Of a stretch of 51,588 nt of DNA, positions 19,435-27,626 are shown piece by piece. Both the position numbers and the translations under genes were made by a program. Every line of letters starts with the position of its first letter. Within the stretch, counting starts at the first letter, position 1. This DNA is from an uncultured Planctomycetales bacterium (GTDB lineage: Bacteria > Omnitrophota > Gorgyraeia > Gygaellales > JAHJCI01), in contig CAZPQS010000001.1 of assembly GCA_964588765.1 (NCBI GenBank), positions 1-51,588 on the forward strand, read 5' to 3'. Below the pieces are notes generated by a model. That model had not been told where the DNA came from and did not search any database. It saw nothing but the letters and a program-made list of their open reading frames with translations.

Positions 19435-20685
19435 TCAATGTAAATATCCTAAACTCTTTAGGCGCTGTATTATTTGTTCATCAAAAACAGACTTAACCGG
19501 CTTTTCTTCTTTATCTCTCTGCCAATCGGCATCATAACTTTCGATATACCTTACTCTGTGAAATAATCGATATAAAGGGCTGATTGCTTCGAGCAAGACC
19601 CTTCCATCCATATCTTTGCCTATAGGTAAATCCAGAAGATAAAGCATCGTAGGTGTAATGTCCAAGATGCTGGCATTTTTTATTAAACATTTAGATTTAA
19701 TATTCTTTCCAGAGATTATAATAATGCCTTCTATATCATGAACTCCGGAATCCACGGGATTTTCTGGGTCGAATTCGGAAGCAGCCTTCATCCCATGGTC
19801 AGAGGCAATAAATACAGTGGTATTTTTATCTATCTTAGTCAGTATCTGGCCGATAAAGTTATCCGTCTCTTTATAAATCTCCTCAATCCTACTCCCATAT
19901 TTTTTTATATTCTCTTCGATAACTCCCCATCTTTTATCCTGAAATTTATCTGGCTCCATATACTTCCAATAAATATGCCCTACCTCATCCGTACTTTTAG
20001 TATAAGTAGTAAAAAAGTCCCAATCCTGGTCTATGAAACCTAAAGTAACTTTCTCTAAAATGAGTAAATTGGCTAATTCGCCAAAAGCCTCCCGAGAATC
20101 TAAGTTGGCTATTGCTTGATTTCTTAAATTACTAACCATCGGTCTAATTGAATCGGGATATATCGCATAAGATGTCACGTAAGAATGGCTCGATGGATAC
20201 TCTGAAAAATAATCTAAGCGAGAAATGATTATTCCGTTAATTTGCTCGGGGGGGTATGTAACAGGGTAATTAATCATGATTGTTTTTTTCTTTCTCTCGG
20301 TCAATATATTCCAGATAGTCTTGGTTTTTCTAAGATTACTCGTCACTGGTATTGGATTATCCGAGCCCGGCGGCGTTATAACGAAAGAATTTATTCCGTG
20401 CTTTTGGAAAGTCTTTCCTGAAGCAATGGTTGTCCAAAGTGAAGGGGAAACCATAGGTTCCATTGACCTCGAATTACCATAGGCGCTATTATCCATAAGT
20501 CTTTTTATATTAGGTAATTTACCTTTTGCAATTAAGGGCAATAGTACATCCCAATCTACTCCGTCTACGCCAATTAAAATAATCCTTGAGTTTGAATTAT
20601 AGAAATAATAAAAACTAAGAGCTAAACTTATGGTAACTACCCCTATAAGGACAAATATGATTTTTTTAGACCTTATGTATTTCAT
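19435..20685 (-). CDS. Membrane-anchored alkaline-phosphatase-superfamily enzyme (phosphodiesterase/pyrophosphatase-like)
   Basis: 416 aa. N-terminal signal anchor. Blocks LIGVDGVDWD, MVSPSLWTTIASG and FIASDHGM. C-terminal LKSLGYLH. Confidence 0.65.
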   Translation of the reverse strand: MKYIRSKKIIFVLIGVVTISLALSFYYFYNSNSRIILIGVDGVDWDVLLPLIAKGKLPNIKRLMDNSAYGNSRSMEPMVSPSLWTTIASGKTFQKHGINSFVITPPGSDNPIPVTSNLRKTKTIWNILTERKKKTIMINYPVTYPPEQINGIIISRLDYFSEYPSSHSYVTSYAIYPDSIRPMVSNLRNQAIANLDSREAFGELANLLILEKVTLGFIDQDWDFFTTYTKSTDEVGHIYWKYMEPDKFQDKRWGVIEENIKKYGSRIEEIYKETDNFIGQILTKIDKNTTVFIASDHGMKAASEFDPENPVDSGVHDIEGIIIISGKNIKSKCLIKNASILDITPTMLYLLDLPIGKDMDGRVLLEAISPLYRLFHRVRYIESYDADWQRDKEEKPVKSVFDEQIIQRLKSLGYLH

Positions 20686-20693
20686 AACAAATA

Positions 20694-20699
20694 TCTCCT
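20694..20699 (-). promoter_or_regulatory. Shine-Dalgarno (AGGAGA) for the 19435..20685 CDS
   Basis: The plus strand reads tctcct, with an 8-nt spacer to the ATG at 20685-20683. Confidence 0.55.
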
Positions 20700-20740
20700 A
20701 GTAATTTATTAGATGCTCAATAATTTTGGAATACGGAAGG

Positions 20741-21844
20741 TTATATCATTAACAAATTTTGACTCAATATTCTATATAATCGCCTGCCCAGAACCTTAAG
20801 GGAATAATCTCTTTCTATAGTCCGGCGGGCTTTCTGACCCATTCTTCTGCGTAAACGGGGTTCCTCTATCAATCTCTGCATCCTCTCTACGAATTCTTCT
20901 TTTCTCTTTGCCAAGAATCCATTTTCCCCGTCCTGGATAATCTCTTCTGCCTCACCGAATCTGCTAGAAATTGTAGGTTTTGCCATAGCCATATATTCAA
21001 AGAGTTTACTGGGGCTTTTTGCTTGATTAAACTGCCTATCGTTACTTACAGGCAACAGGCCGATATGAATATTAATAAGATGCTCGGGAATAGCATCTGG
21101 GTTTATCCAGCCTGTGAGTGAAATATTTTGGTCGTTATATCGATTTATTATCTTTTCTAAATCACTGCGATAAATTCCATCCCCGGTAATATCAAAATAA
21201 ATATGAAGATACCTTTTCCTGAGCAGATGAAAACAACTCAAAGCGAATTCTAAATTCTCAATATATTCCTTCTTATGAAGAGTCCCAACCCAGGAAAAGA
21301 TTATTTTTTTTTCGCTTAAGCCATCTAAAGAAGGTTTAAATAGTTCTGTATCTACGCCCGATGGAATATAATAAACTTTTTTATTAAACTCTGATAAAAA
21401 TTTTTGCAGGAACCGGCTGGCGGTAATACAGAAGATACTTTCTTTTGCAATCAATCGGGTGAAAAAATGCGCCTTTGAAGAAGGATAAAAACCAAAATAG
21501 TATTTTGGATTTTCCCGCATTTCCCAGTCGTCAAAATCAAGAATAATCCTATTTTTATTAAAAAGGTGCGCTAGATAAGGCGCGAAGGAATGATAATTGA
21601 AGCGTTGAATGTATAGAATTGCTTTTTTATCCTTGATTTTTTTAAAAGCCCTGTAATTAAGGCTTATCTTATCTACAATCCCCATTCGGGATTCATCCTT
21701 ACCGTCTTTTGCGCCTAAGTTATCGCAGAAGGATAAGGTTTCTGTATCTATACCGTAGTTCCGTAGTTCTCTACTGAAGTTATAACATCTAATTCTTGCG
21801 CCGGCTAAATTATATCCCTCACGGGTAATAAAGATTATCTTCAT
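20741..21844 (-). CDS. GT4 (GT-B fold, glycosyl transferase group 1) glycosyltransferase
   Basis: 367 aa. C-terminal donor-binding block FEYMAMAKPTISSRFGEAEEIIQDGENGF (E-x7-E type). Confidence 0.75.
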   Translation of the reverse strand: MKIIFITREGYNLAGARIRCYNFSRELRNYGIDTETLSFCDNLGAKDGKDESRMGIVDKISLNYRAFKKIKDKKAILYIQRFNYHSFAPYLAHLFNKNRIILDFDDWEMRENPKYYFGFYPSSKAHFFTRLIAKESIFCITASRFLQKFLSEFNKKVYYIPSGVDTELFKPSLDGLSEKKIIFSWVGTLHKKEYIENLEFALSCFHLLRKRYLHIYFDITGDGIYRSDLEKIINRYNDQNISLTGWINPDAIPEHLINIHIGLLPVSNDRQFNQAKSPSKLFEYMAMAKPTISSRFGEAEEIIQDGENGFLAKRKEEFVERMQRLIEEPRLRRRMGQKARRTIERDYSLKVLGRRLYRILSQNLLMI

Positions 21845-21862
21845 CCTCTCACAAAAGACCTT

Positions 21863-23758
21863 TCATTGCATATGCTTTCTATACCAGAGCTCAAACATTA
21901 AAAGCGTCCAGATATATTTGCGATTATCCCTCCTGCCTTTAAGATGCTGAGTGAGTAAATCTTTTATATAGCGGTAATTGAAAAAACCTTCCCTTTTTAT
22001 CTTAGACTCACTGAATATATCCGATACCATTTCCTTCAATTCGCTTCGGAGCCAAAGAGCAACAGGTATTCCGAAGCCTTTCTTATTCCTATAAATAATA
22101 TTCCTGGGTAATAGTTTTCGCATACTTTTTTTTAATATATACTTGGAATATAATCCCTTTAATCTGATTCTCTCCGGCAATCTGCAAAGGAATTCTACTA
22201 ATTCGTGATCAAGGTAAGGAACGCGTACCTCAAGGGAATTAGCCATACTGGTACGGTCGATTTTGACTAACAGGTCATCCTGCAGGTAGGTTTTTATATC
22301 CAAGTGCTGCATAGTGCTTATTAAATCTGACTGAGTACTGCAATTGGCAAAATAGTTTTTTAATGGCTCGAAGGTATCGGTTCCTTTTAAATATTTTATT
22401 AACCATGGTTTATATAATTCTGTTTTTTCCGCAGGACTAAAGGAGCCCAGCCATATTATATTGCGAATCCACGAGGAAAAATACGTCCCGGAAATAAATT
22501 TTTTTAGCTTGAAATCAAAGCTGATATTCCTCATAGATACGGGTAAATTTAGAATAATTTTCTCGATAAAATTTTTTCTGATAAATAAAGGAATCGATCG
22601 ATAATAATCAACCAATTTGTGCGCTTGATAAGTAGGATAACCGGCAAAAATCTCATCTCCGCCCTCCCCCCCCAGGGCCACTGTGATATATCTTCGGCTA
22701 AATTCAGAAAGTAGATAAGTGGGGAAAATCGAAGCATCGGCTAAGGGCTCATCGAAACAATTGACTATCTTTGGCATAAGTTCAAATACATCTTTCGAAT
22801 CAAACATCCTGTAGTGATGCTCGATATCGTATGCCCTGGCCACTCTACGCGCATATTCCAACTCATCAAAGGATAATTCCTTAAAACCGATAGTAAAGGC
22901 CTTAATTTTGTCCGGATATAAGCCTGACATCAGAGATACTATGCTGCTTGAATCTATCCCGCCGCTTAAAAAGACCCCCAAAGATACATCACCGATTAAT
23001 CTCCTTTTTATGGACTTCTTAAGTAAGTAACGGAGCTTATCAAAGCAATCATCTTCTTTTGGGATGTCTTCCGTATCTGTAATAAATTTTATATCCCAGT
23101 ACTGATTAAGAGATACTTCTTTATTGCGATAGATTAGATTATGGCCAGCGGGTAATTTGTTAATACCTGTAAAAATAGACCTCGGAGAAGGAACGTATTC
23201 AAAGGTAAGGTATTGGTCTAAAGAGATTAAATCTATCTTCTTTTCAAATTTGGGAAATTGCAGAATGGATTTCAGTTCTGAAGCAAATATAAATTGGCCA
23301 TCTACTTCGGTATAGTATAAAGGTTTTATGCCGAATCTATCCCGCGCCAGAAAAAGCTGCCTTTTAGTTTTATCCCATATGGCAAAAGCAAACATGCCGT
23401 TCAGCTTATCCAAACAGCCAATATTATATTCTTCATAAAGATGGACGATAACCTCGGTATCGGTCTGGGTATAAAAATAATGCCCTTTCTTTTCTAAAGC
23501 GCCTCTGAGTTCTAAAAAATTATATATCTCTCCGTTATACGCTATCCAGATGCTCTTATCCTCATTATGTATAGGCTGACTGCCTCCGGATAAATCAACA
23601 ATACTCAGCCTTCTTACCCCTAACGCGGCATTCTGGTCAATAAAAATACCCTCATCGTCAGGGCCGCGATGAGAGACTATATTTAACATCGTCTTGATTA
23701 GTTGTTCTTTGATTTTTCCTTTATCGGAACAGTCTATAATTCCACAGATTCCGCACAT
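21863..23758 (-). CDS. Asparagine synthase-type glutamine amidotransferase (AsnB-like)
   Basis: 631 aa. N-terminal nucleophile MCGICG. PP-loop FLSGGIDSS. Confidence 0.9.
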   Translation of the reverse strand: MCGICGIIDCSDKGKIKEQLIKTMLNIVSHRGPDDEGIFIDQNAALGVRRLSIVDLSGGSQPIHNEDKSIWIAYNGEIYNFLELRGALEKKGHYFYTQTDTEVIVHLYEEYNIGCLDKLNGMFAFAIWDKTKRQLFLARDRFGIKPLYYTEVDGQFIFASELKSILQFPKFEKKIDLISLDQYLTFEYVPSPRSIFTGINKLPAGHNLIYRNKEVSLNQYWDIKFITDTEDIPKEDDCFDKLRYLLKKSIKRRLIGDVSLGVFLSGGIDSSSIVSLMSGLYPDKIKAFTIGFKELSFDELEYARRVARAYDIEHHYRMFDSKDVFELMPKIVNCFDEPLADASIFPTYLLSEFSRRYITVALGGEGGDEIFAGYPTYQAHKLVDYYRSIPLFIRKNFIEKIILNLPVSMRNISFDFKLKKFISGTYFSSWIRNIIWLGSFSPAEKTELYKPWLIKYLKGTDTFEPLKNYFANCSTQSDLISTMQHLDIKTYLQDDLLVKIDRTSMANSLEVRVPYLDHELVEFLCRLPERIRLKGLYSKYILKKSMRKLLPRNIIYRNKKGFGIPVALWLRSELKEMVSDIFSESKIKREGFFNYRYIKDLLTQHLKGRRDNRKYIWTLLMFELWYRKHMQ

Positions 23759-23770
23759 CTAATAACCTTT

Positions 23771-25519
23771 TTATCTTCTTTTATAAATATAGCATTGGGG
23801 TCCGTTATCTCGTTCTATCTTTCGCAAAAGTTCAAATTTTGATTCACTATTTTCTAATTTTTCAAATACCTTAGTCCAACTCGGAATAAATTGATGTTCC
23901 AACCATTTTATGGGATAGTATTTTTTAAATTCTTGTTTAAATTTTTCTCCCTTTGGCCATACTAATGTGCTCTGCGGCGGAGGACAAAAGAGCAGGCAAT
24001 CCATTAAATAAAAATCTCTGAGAAAATGAGCATGCATCTGTGCTAAATCTATAGGTTCTATAAAGCGGTCTTTAAGCCTTAACCAAAAAAGTCTCTCAAA
24101 TCTATAGGGAGGGAGACCATCGAAATCAATTAAGCCCAGCTTAACCTCTCTGTCTGCGGGATATTCCTTTCTTATCGCGCCCACTATTTCATCTGTTTGT
24201 AAATCTCTAAAGTCCTTATAATAAGGGAGCCCTTCCCCATATAATGTCCCGCCAAAAATTCTTATTGGTCCTATGGAGATATTTCTAAACTGATGTCTGG
24301 AATAAGAAAGCATAAAAAATTGGATTAACGCAAAAATAACTACCGCAGCCAAACTTAAATATCTAAATTTCCGATTTTTTATCCGATAAATTCCCCAGGC
24401 AGTTATAAGTGCCAATGCCGGAAAGATAGGCATCAAGAAGCGCCCATGCTTCACCAGAAGAATAAAAGAAAATAATAAGAAGGGAAATAATATCCAGCTT
24501 AGCAATATGCTTTTATATTTAACCTTTGCCCTGATAAAAAAAATAAAGGCTATGCAAAATATCAGAAAAAAGAAATACCCCAGAGAATTCTTAGACAGCT
24601 CAACTAAATGCCGGGAGTAAAGATATGCCTGCGAATAATCTCTTATCTCAAAAAAACCGGTATAAACCAAAAAATTAGAAAAAGTAGAATCCGCATGTTC
24701 CCTCAAAGACAATACTGTATCGGCAAGCTTATCAGCCCACCAGATTGAAGCAATTAAACCAGCGACGATTACAAAAAGTATGAAATTATAGATTATCTTC
24801 CGGGAAAGGGATATTCTTGCGATAGAATCTGGCGGATTCGTAGATAAAACGGATATTTCTTTGGAGGCATAAATCAATACTGCACATAGCGGCGCAGTAA
24901 TAAATATAATCGCCTGACCCTTAACCAGCATGCTTATACCCAGTGATAAACCTAAAAGAATGGCATATTTTCTATTTTTGAAATTTTCGCATTGAATAAG
25001 AAACAGAATAGTTAAGGTTACCATAGCTGTTAAAGGAAAATCTAAGGCATACTGACGCGAACTCTCAAATATCATCGGATACATAGATACTATAAAAGCA
25101 GCGCATATCCCGACAAATCTATTGACTATCTGTTTACCGATTAAATAAGTAGCAACCAGTAATATAAATAAAAATACCAGCATGGTTGATTTAACAGCAA
25201 GTAGTGATTTCCCGAATATAAAATAAAAAACAGATGCGCAAAGATTAACGAATCTGGGCCAATAGACATTATTTGTTATTCCAACAGGCGTATTTAATAA
25301 CTTAATTATATCTACTAATTTATCCCAAAAATGGACTGCTGTGTTAGATAAAATATCGGAAAGTTGATAAAAAAATTCTATCGAGAAAAACAAATGATTG
25401 GAGACATCTACCCCTATAGTAGAATTATTGCTTCTCACCCAGATATAATTGTTTATAAAATGGAAACAAAAAAATAGAATTAATAAAATAAGATAGATAT
25501 TTATCCTTCTCTGGTTCAT
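23771..25519 (-). CDS. Polytopic membrane protein, probable GT-C fold glycosyltransferase (ArnT/PMT_2-like)
   Basis: 582 aa. About 12 hydrophobic segments followed by a soluble C-terminal ~170 aa. ATGA-coupled to the upstream polyprenyl-phosphate GT2. Confidence 0.55.
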   Translation of the reverse strand: MNQRRINIYLILLILFFCFHFINNYIWVRSNNSTIGVDVSNHLFFSIEFFYQLSDILSNTAVHFWDKLVDIIKLLNTPVGITNNVYWPRFVNLCASVFYFIFGKSLLAVKSTMLVFLFILLVATYLIGKQIVNRFVGICAAFIVSMYPMIFESSRQYALDFPLTAMVTLTILFLIQCENFKNRKYAILLGLSLGISMLVKGQAIIFITAPLCAVLIYASKEISVLSTNPPDSIARISLSRKIIYNFILFVIVAGLIASIWWADKLADTVLSLREHADSTFSNFLVYTGFFEIRDYSQAYLYSRHLVELSKNSLGYFFFLIFCIAFIFFIRAKVKYKSILLSWILFPFLLFSFILLVKHGRFLMPIFPALALITAWGIYRIKNRKFRYLSLAAVVIFALIQFFMLSYSRHQFRNISIGPIRIFGGTLYGEGLPYYKDFRDLQTDEIVGAIRKEYPADREVKLGLIDFDGLPPYRFERLFWLRLKDRFIEPIDLAQMHAHFLRDFYLMDCLLFCPPPQSTLVWPKGEKFKQEFKKYYPIKWLEHQFIPSWTKVFEKLENSESKFELLRKIERDNGPQCYIYKRR

Positions 25520-26463
25520 TTTAACTTTTTGCGCTCGATAATTTCCTTAATCAAATATGGGGTGGTTGCCTGCGACATATAATATAATCTTATAATAATC
25601 TCGGCTAATAACCCTATGAGTAAAAACTGGACTCCCATTAAAAGAAAGGTAATGGTTATGAATAACGATGGGCTTACCCATATTCCCCCAAAGAATATTT
25701 TTCTGGCCAGAACAAATATACCGAGTAATATCCCGCAGGCAAATAGACAAAGCCCTATCCCGCCAAATAGATAAATAGGTTTTGTTAAATAATTCGCGAT
25801 AAATCTTAGTGTAAAGAGATCCAAAATTACTTTAAAGGTCCGCAATAATCCGTATTTCGATTTCCCGTAAACTCGCTTATAATGCGAGACTTCTATTTCT
25901 GCAACGAAATATCCTTTCATTGCCGCATATGCAGGAATAAATCTGTGCATCTGCCCATAGAGTTTTATCCCCTTAATTACCTCTCTTTTATATGCCTTCA
26001 ATGTACAGCCATAATCATTCAATTTAAGGCCGGCAATGGCTGAAATTAGTTTATTGGCTACATAGGATGGTATCCTGCGAGTAAATAAGGCATCTTTTCT
26101 ATCTTTGCGCCAACCGCTTACGACATCAAAGCCTTCTTCTATCTTTCTTAAGAACCTTGGGATATCCTCCGGTTCATTCTGCAGGTCGGCGTCCATTAAA
26201 ATTAAAATATCCCCTCTGGCATAGTCTACCCCTGCGGATATAGCAAGGGTTTGGCCAAAATTTCTTGTAAATCGAATTACCTTTATACTCTCATTTTCTC
26301 CCGCAAGTTCCGTAAGAATTTTATAACTGCCATCTTTGCTGCCATCTTCAATATAAATAACCTCGTATTCCTGCCCAACCTTGTTCAGGACTCGGTGAAT
26401 CTTCGAATCCAATAATTTTAAGTTCTTCTCTTCGTTATATACAGGAATGATAATCGACAGCAC
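25516..26463 (-). CDS. GT2 polyprenyl-phosphate glycosyltransferase (ArnC/GtrB/DPM1-like) with C-terminal TM helices
   Basis: 315 aa. IIIPVYNEEKN, EDGSKDGS, MDADLQNEPED, and two C-terminal hydrophobic helices. GTG start with GAGGA upstream. Confidence 0.85.
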   Translation of the reverse strand: MLSIIIPVYNEEKNLKLLDSKIHRVLNKVGQEYEVIYIEDGSKDGSYKILTELAGENESIKVIRFTRNFGQTLAISAGVDYARGDILILMDADLQNEPEDIPRFLRKIEEGFDVVSGWRKDRKDALFTRRIPSYVANKLISAIAGLKLNDYGCTLKAYKREVIKGIKLYGQMHRFIPAYAAMKGYFVAEIEVSHYKRVYGKSKYGLLRTFKVILDLFTLRFIANYLTKPIYLFGGIGLCLFACGILLGIFVLARKIFFGGIWVSPSLFITITFLLMGVQFLLIGLLAEIIIRLYYMSQATTPYLIKEIIERKKLK

Positions 26464-26540
26464 GTCTATTTATCCTCTATTTTTATTTTATAAATCTTCT
26501 TAATCCCTATAGGGCCTACTTAGTTATAATCTATGAAATG

Positions 26541-26570
26541 CTTATGATAGAGTATCTTATGATAGAATAT
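26541..26570. repeat. Two tandem copies of a 15-bp unit (cttatgatagaRtat) in the largest intergenic gap
   Basis: Read directly: cttatgatagagtat at 26541-26555 and cttatgatagaatat at 26556-26570. Confidence 0.8.
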
Positions 26571-26588
26571 CTATTTTTCTGATAGGGG

Positions 26589-27077
26589 CTATTTATTAAA
26601 AACCTTGGCATTGGCCCAGACTACATATGAAGAACTTATTCCGTTATCTTTCACAATTAAGGTCAGTTGCTTTACATCCTTAACTGTCAGGTCAAGTTCC
26701 TCGGAATCACCGGCTCTCATCATTGCACTTTCGTAAATCTTTTTTCCATCTGCCAGCACTGTAAATTTGAGCTTACCCTTATATTCCGGGAAATCGTCGT
26801 GGTGCCCGATTACGCATTTAAAGTAATCGTATTCCCCGTCCAAATCATAGGTAAGCTCGGAATTAGAACTGACGCATAAACCTTTCTTAAATTCGCTCCC
26901 CTGAACGGTAATTAGAACTCCCTCCTCGTCCATATCCTTTAGATAATCGCCTGTGCTATAGAGAGGCTCTAAATCGCTAAGATAGGTCTGGAATGTAGCT
27001 TCACCGGTAGTCCTCTGTCCGCAAGAAATCACCAGAAACATGGACATGCAAAGCATTAACATTATAATCTTTCTCAT
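26589..27077 (-). CDS. Lipoprotein with NPCBM-like carbohydrate-binding domain (copy 1)
   Basis: 162 aa. Lipobox LVISC. YLSDLEP...KKGLCVSSNSELTYDL...YFKCVIGHHDD...KFTVLADGK...VVWANAKV matches the NPCBM/NEW2 pattern. Confidence 0.6.
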   Translation of the reverse strand: MRKIIMLMLCMSMFLVISCGQRTTGEATFQTYLSDLEPLYSTGDYLKDMDEEGVLITVQGSEFKKGLCVSSNSELTYDLDGEYDYFKCVIGHHDDFPEYKGKLKFTVLADGKKIYESAMMRAGDSEELDLTVKDVKQLTLIVKDNGISSSYVVWANAKVFNK

Positions 27078-27610
27078 TTCCCACCCCCTTTCTTTTTATG
27101 TCATCTTCCAACCTTGGCATTGGCCCAGACTACATATGAAGAACTTATTCCGTTATCTTTCACAATTAAGGTCAGTTGCTTTACATCCTTAACTGTCAGG
27201 TCAAGTTCCTCGGAATCACCGGCTCTCATCATTGCACTTTCGTAAATCTTTTTTCCATCTGCCAGCACTGTAAATTTGAGCTTACCCTTATATTCCGGGA
27301 AATCGTCGTGGTGCCCGATTACGCATTTAAAGTAATCGTATTCCCCGTCCAAATCATAGGTAAGCTCGGAATTAGAACTGACGCATAAACCTTTCTTAAA
27401 TTCGCTCCCCTGAACGGTAATTAGAACTCCCTCCTCGTCCATATCCTTTAGATAATCGCCTGTGCTATAGAGAGGCTCTAAATCGCTAAGATAGGTCTGG
27501 AATGTAGCTTCACCGGTAGTCCTCTGTCCGCAAGAAATCACCAGAAACATGGACATGCAAAGCATTAACATTATAATCTTTCTCATTTCCCACCCCCTTT
27601 CTTTTTATGT
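26601..27610. repeat. Perfect tandem duplication: a 501-bp unit (26601-27101 and 27110-27610) separated by 8 bp (catcttcc)
   Basis: I compared the two units base by base by eye and saw no mismatch. The period is 509 bp. Each unit carries nearly the whole lipoprotein CDS plus 24 nt of upstream sequence with a purine-rich Shine-Dalgarno (AAGGGGGTGGG). Confidence 0.9.
27101..27586 (-). CDS. Lipoprotein with NPCBM-like carbohydrate-binding domain (copy 2)
   Basis: 161 aa. Identical to copy 1 except for the last residues (…KVGR versus …KVFNK). Confidence 0.6.
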   Translation of the reverse strand: MRKIIMLMLCMSMFLVISCGQRTTGEATFQTYLSDLEPLYSTGDYLKDMDEEGVLITVQGSEFKKGLCVSSNSELTYDLDGEYDYFKCVIGHHDDFPEYKGKLKFTVLADGKKIYESAMMRAGDSEELDLTVKDVKQLTLIVKDNGISSSYVVWANAKVGR

Positions 27611-27626
27611 ATAGATGCTCTTGCGC

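Noticed and set aside
26505-26514. The palindrome ccctataggg as an intrinsic terminator after the lipoprotein genes.
   Set aside because: The stem is only 3-4 bp and no U-tract follows on the minus strand. That is too weak to call.
26601-27610. A mobile element or IS as the cause of the tandem duplication.
   Set aside because: There is no transposase, no inverted repeats and no target-site-duplication pattern. The structure is a simple head-to-tail duplication with an 8-bp junction.
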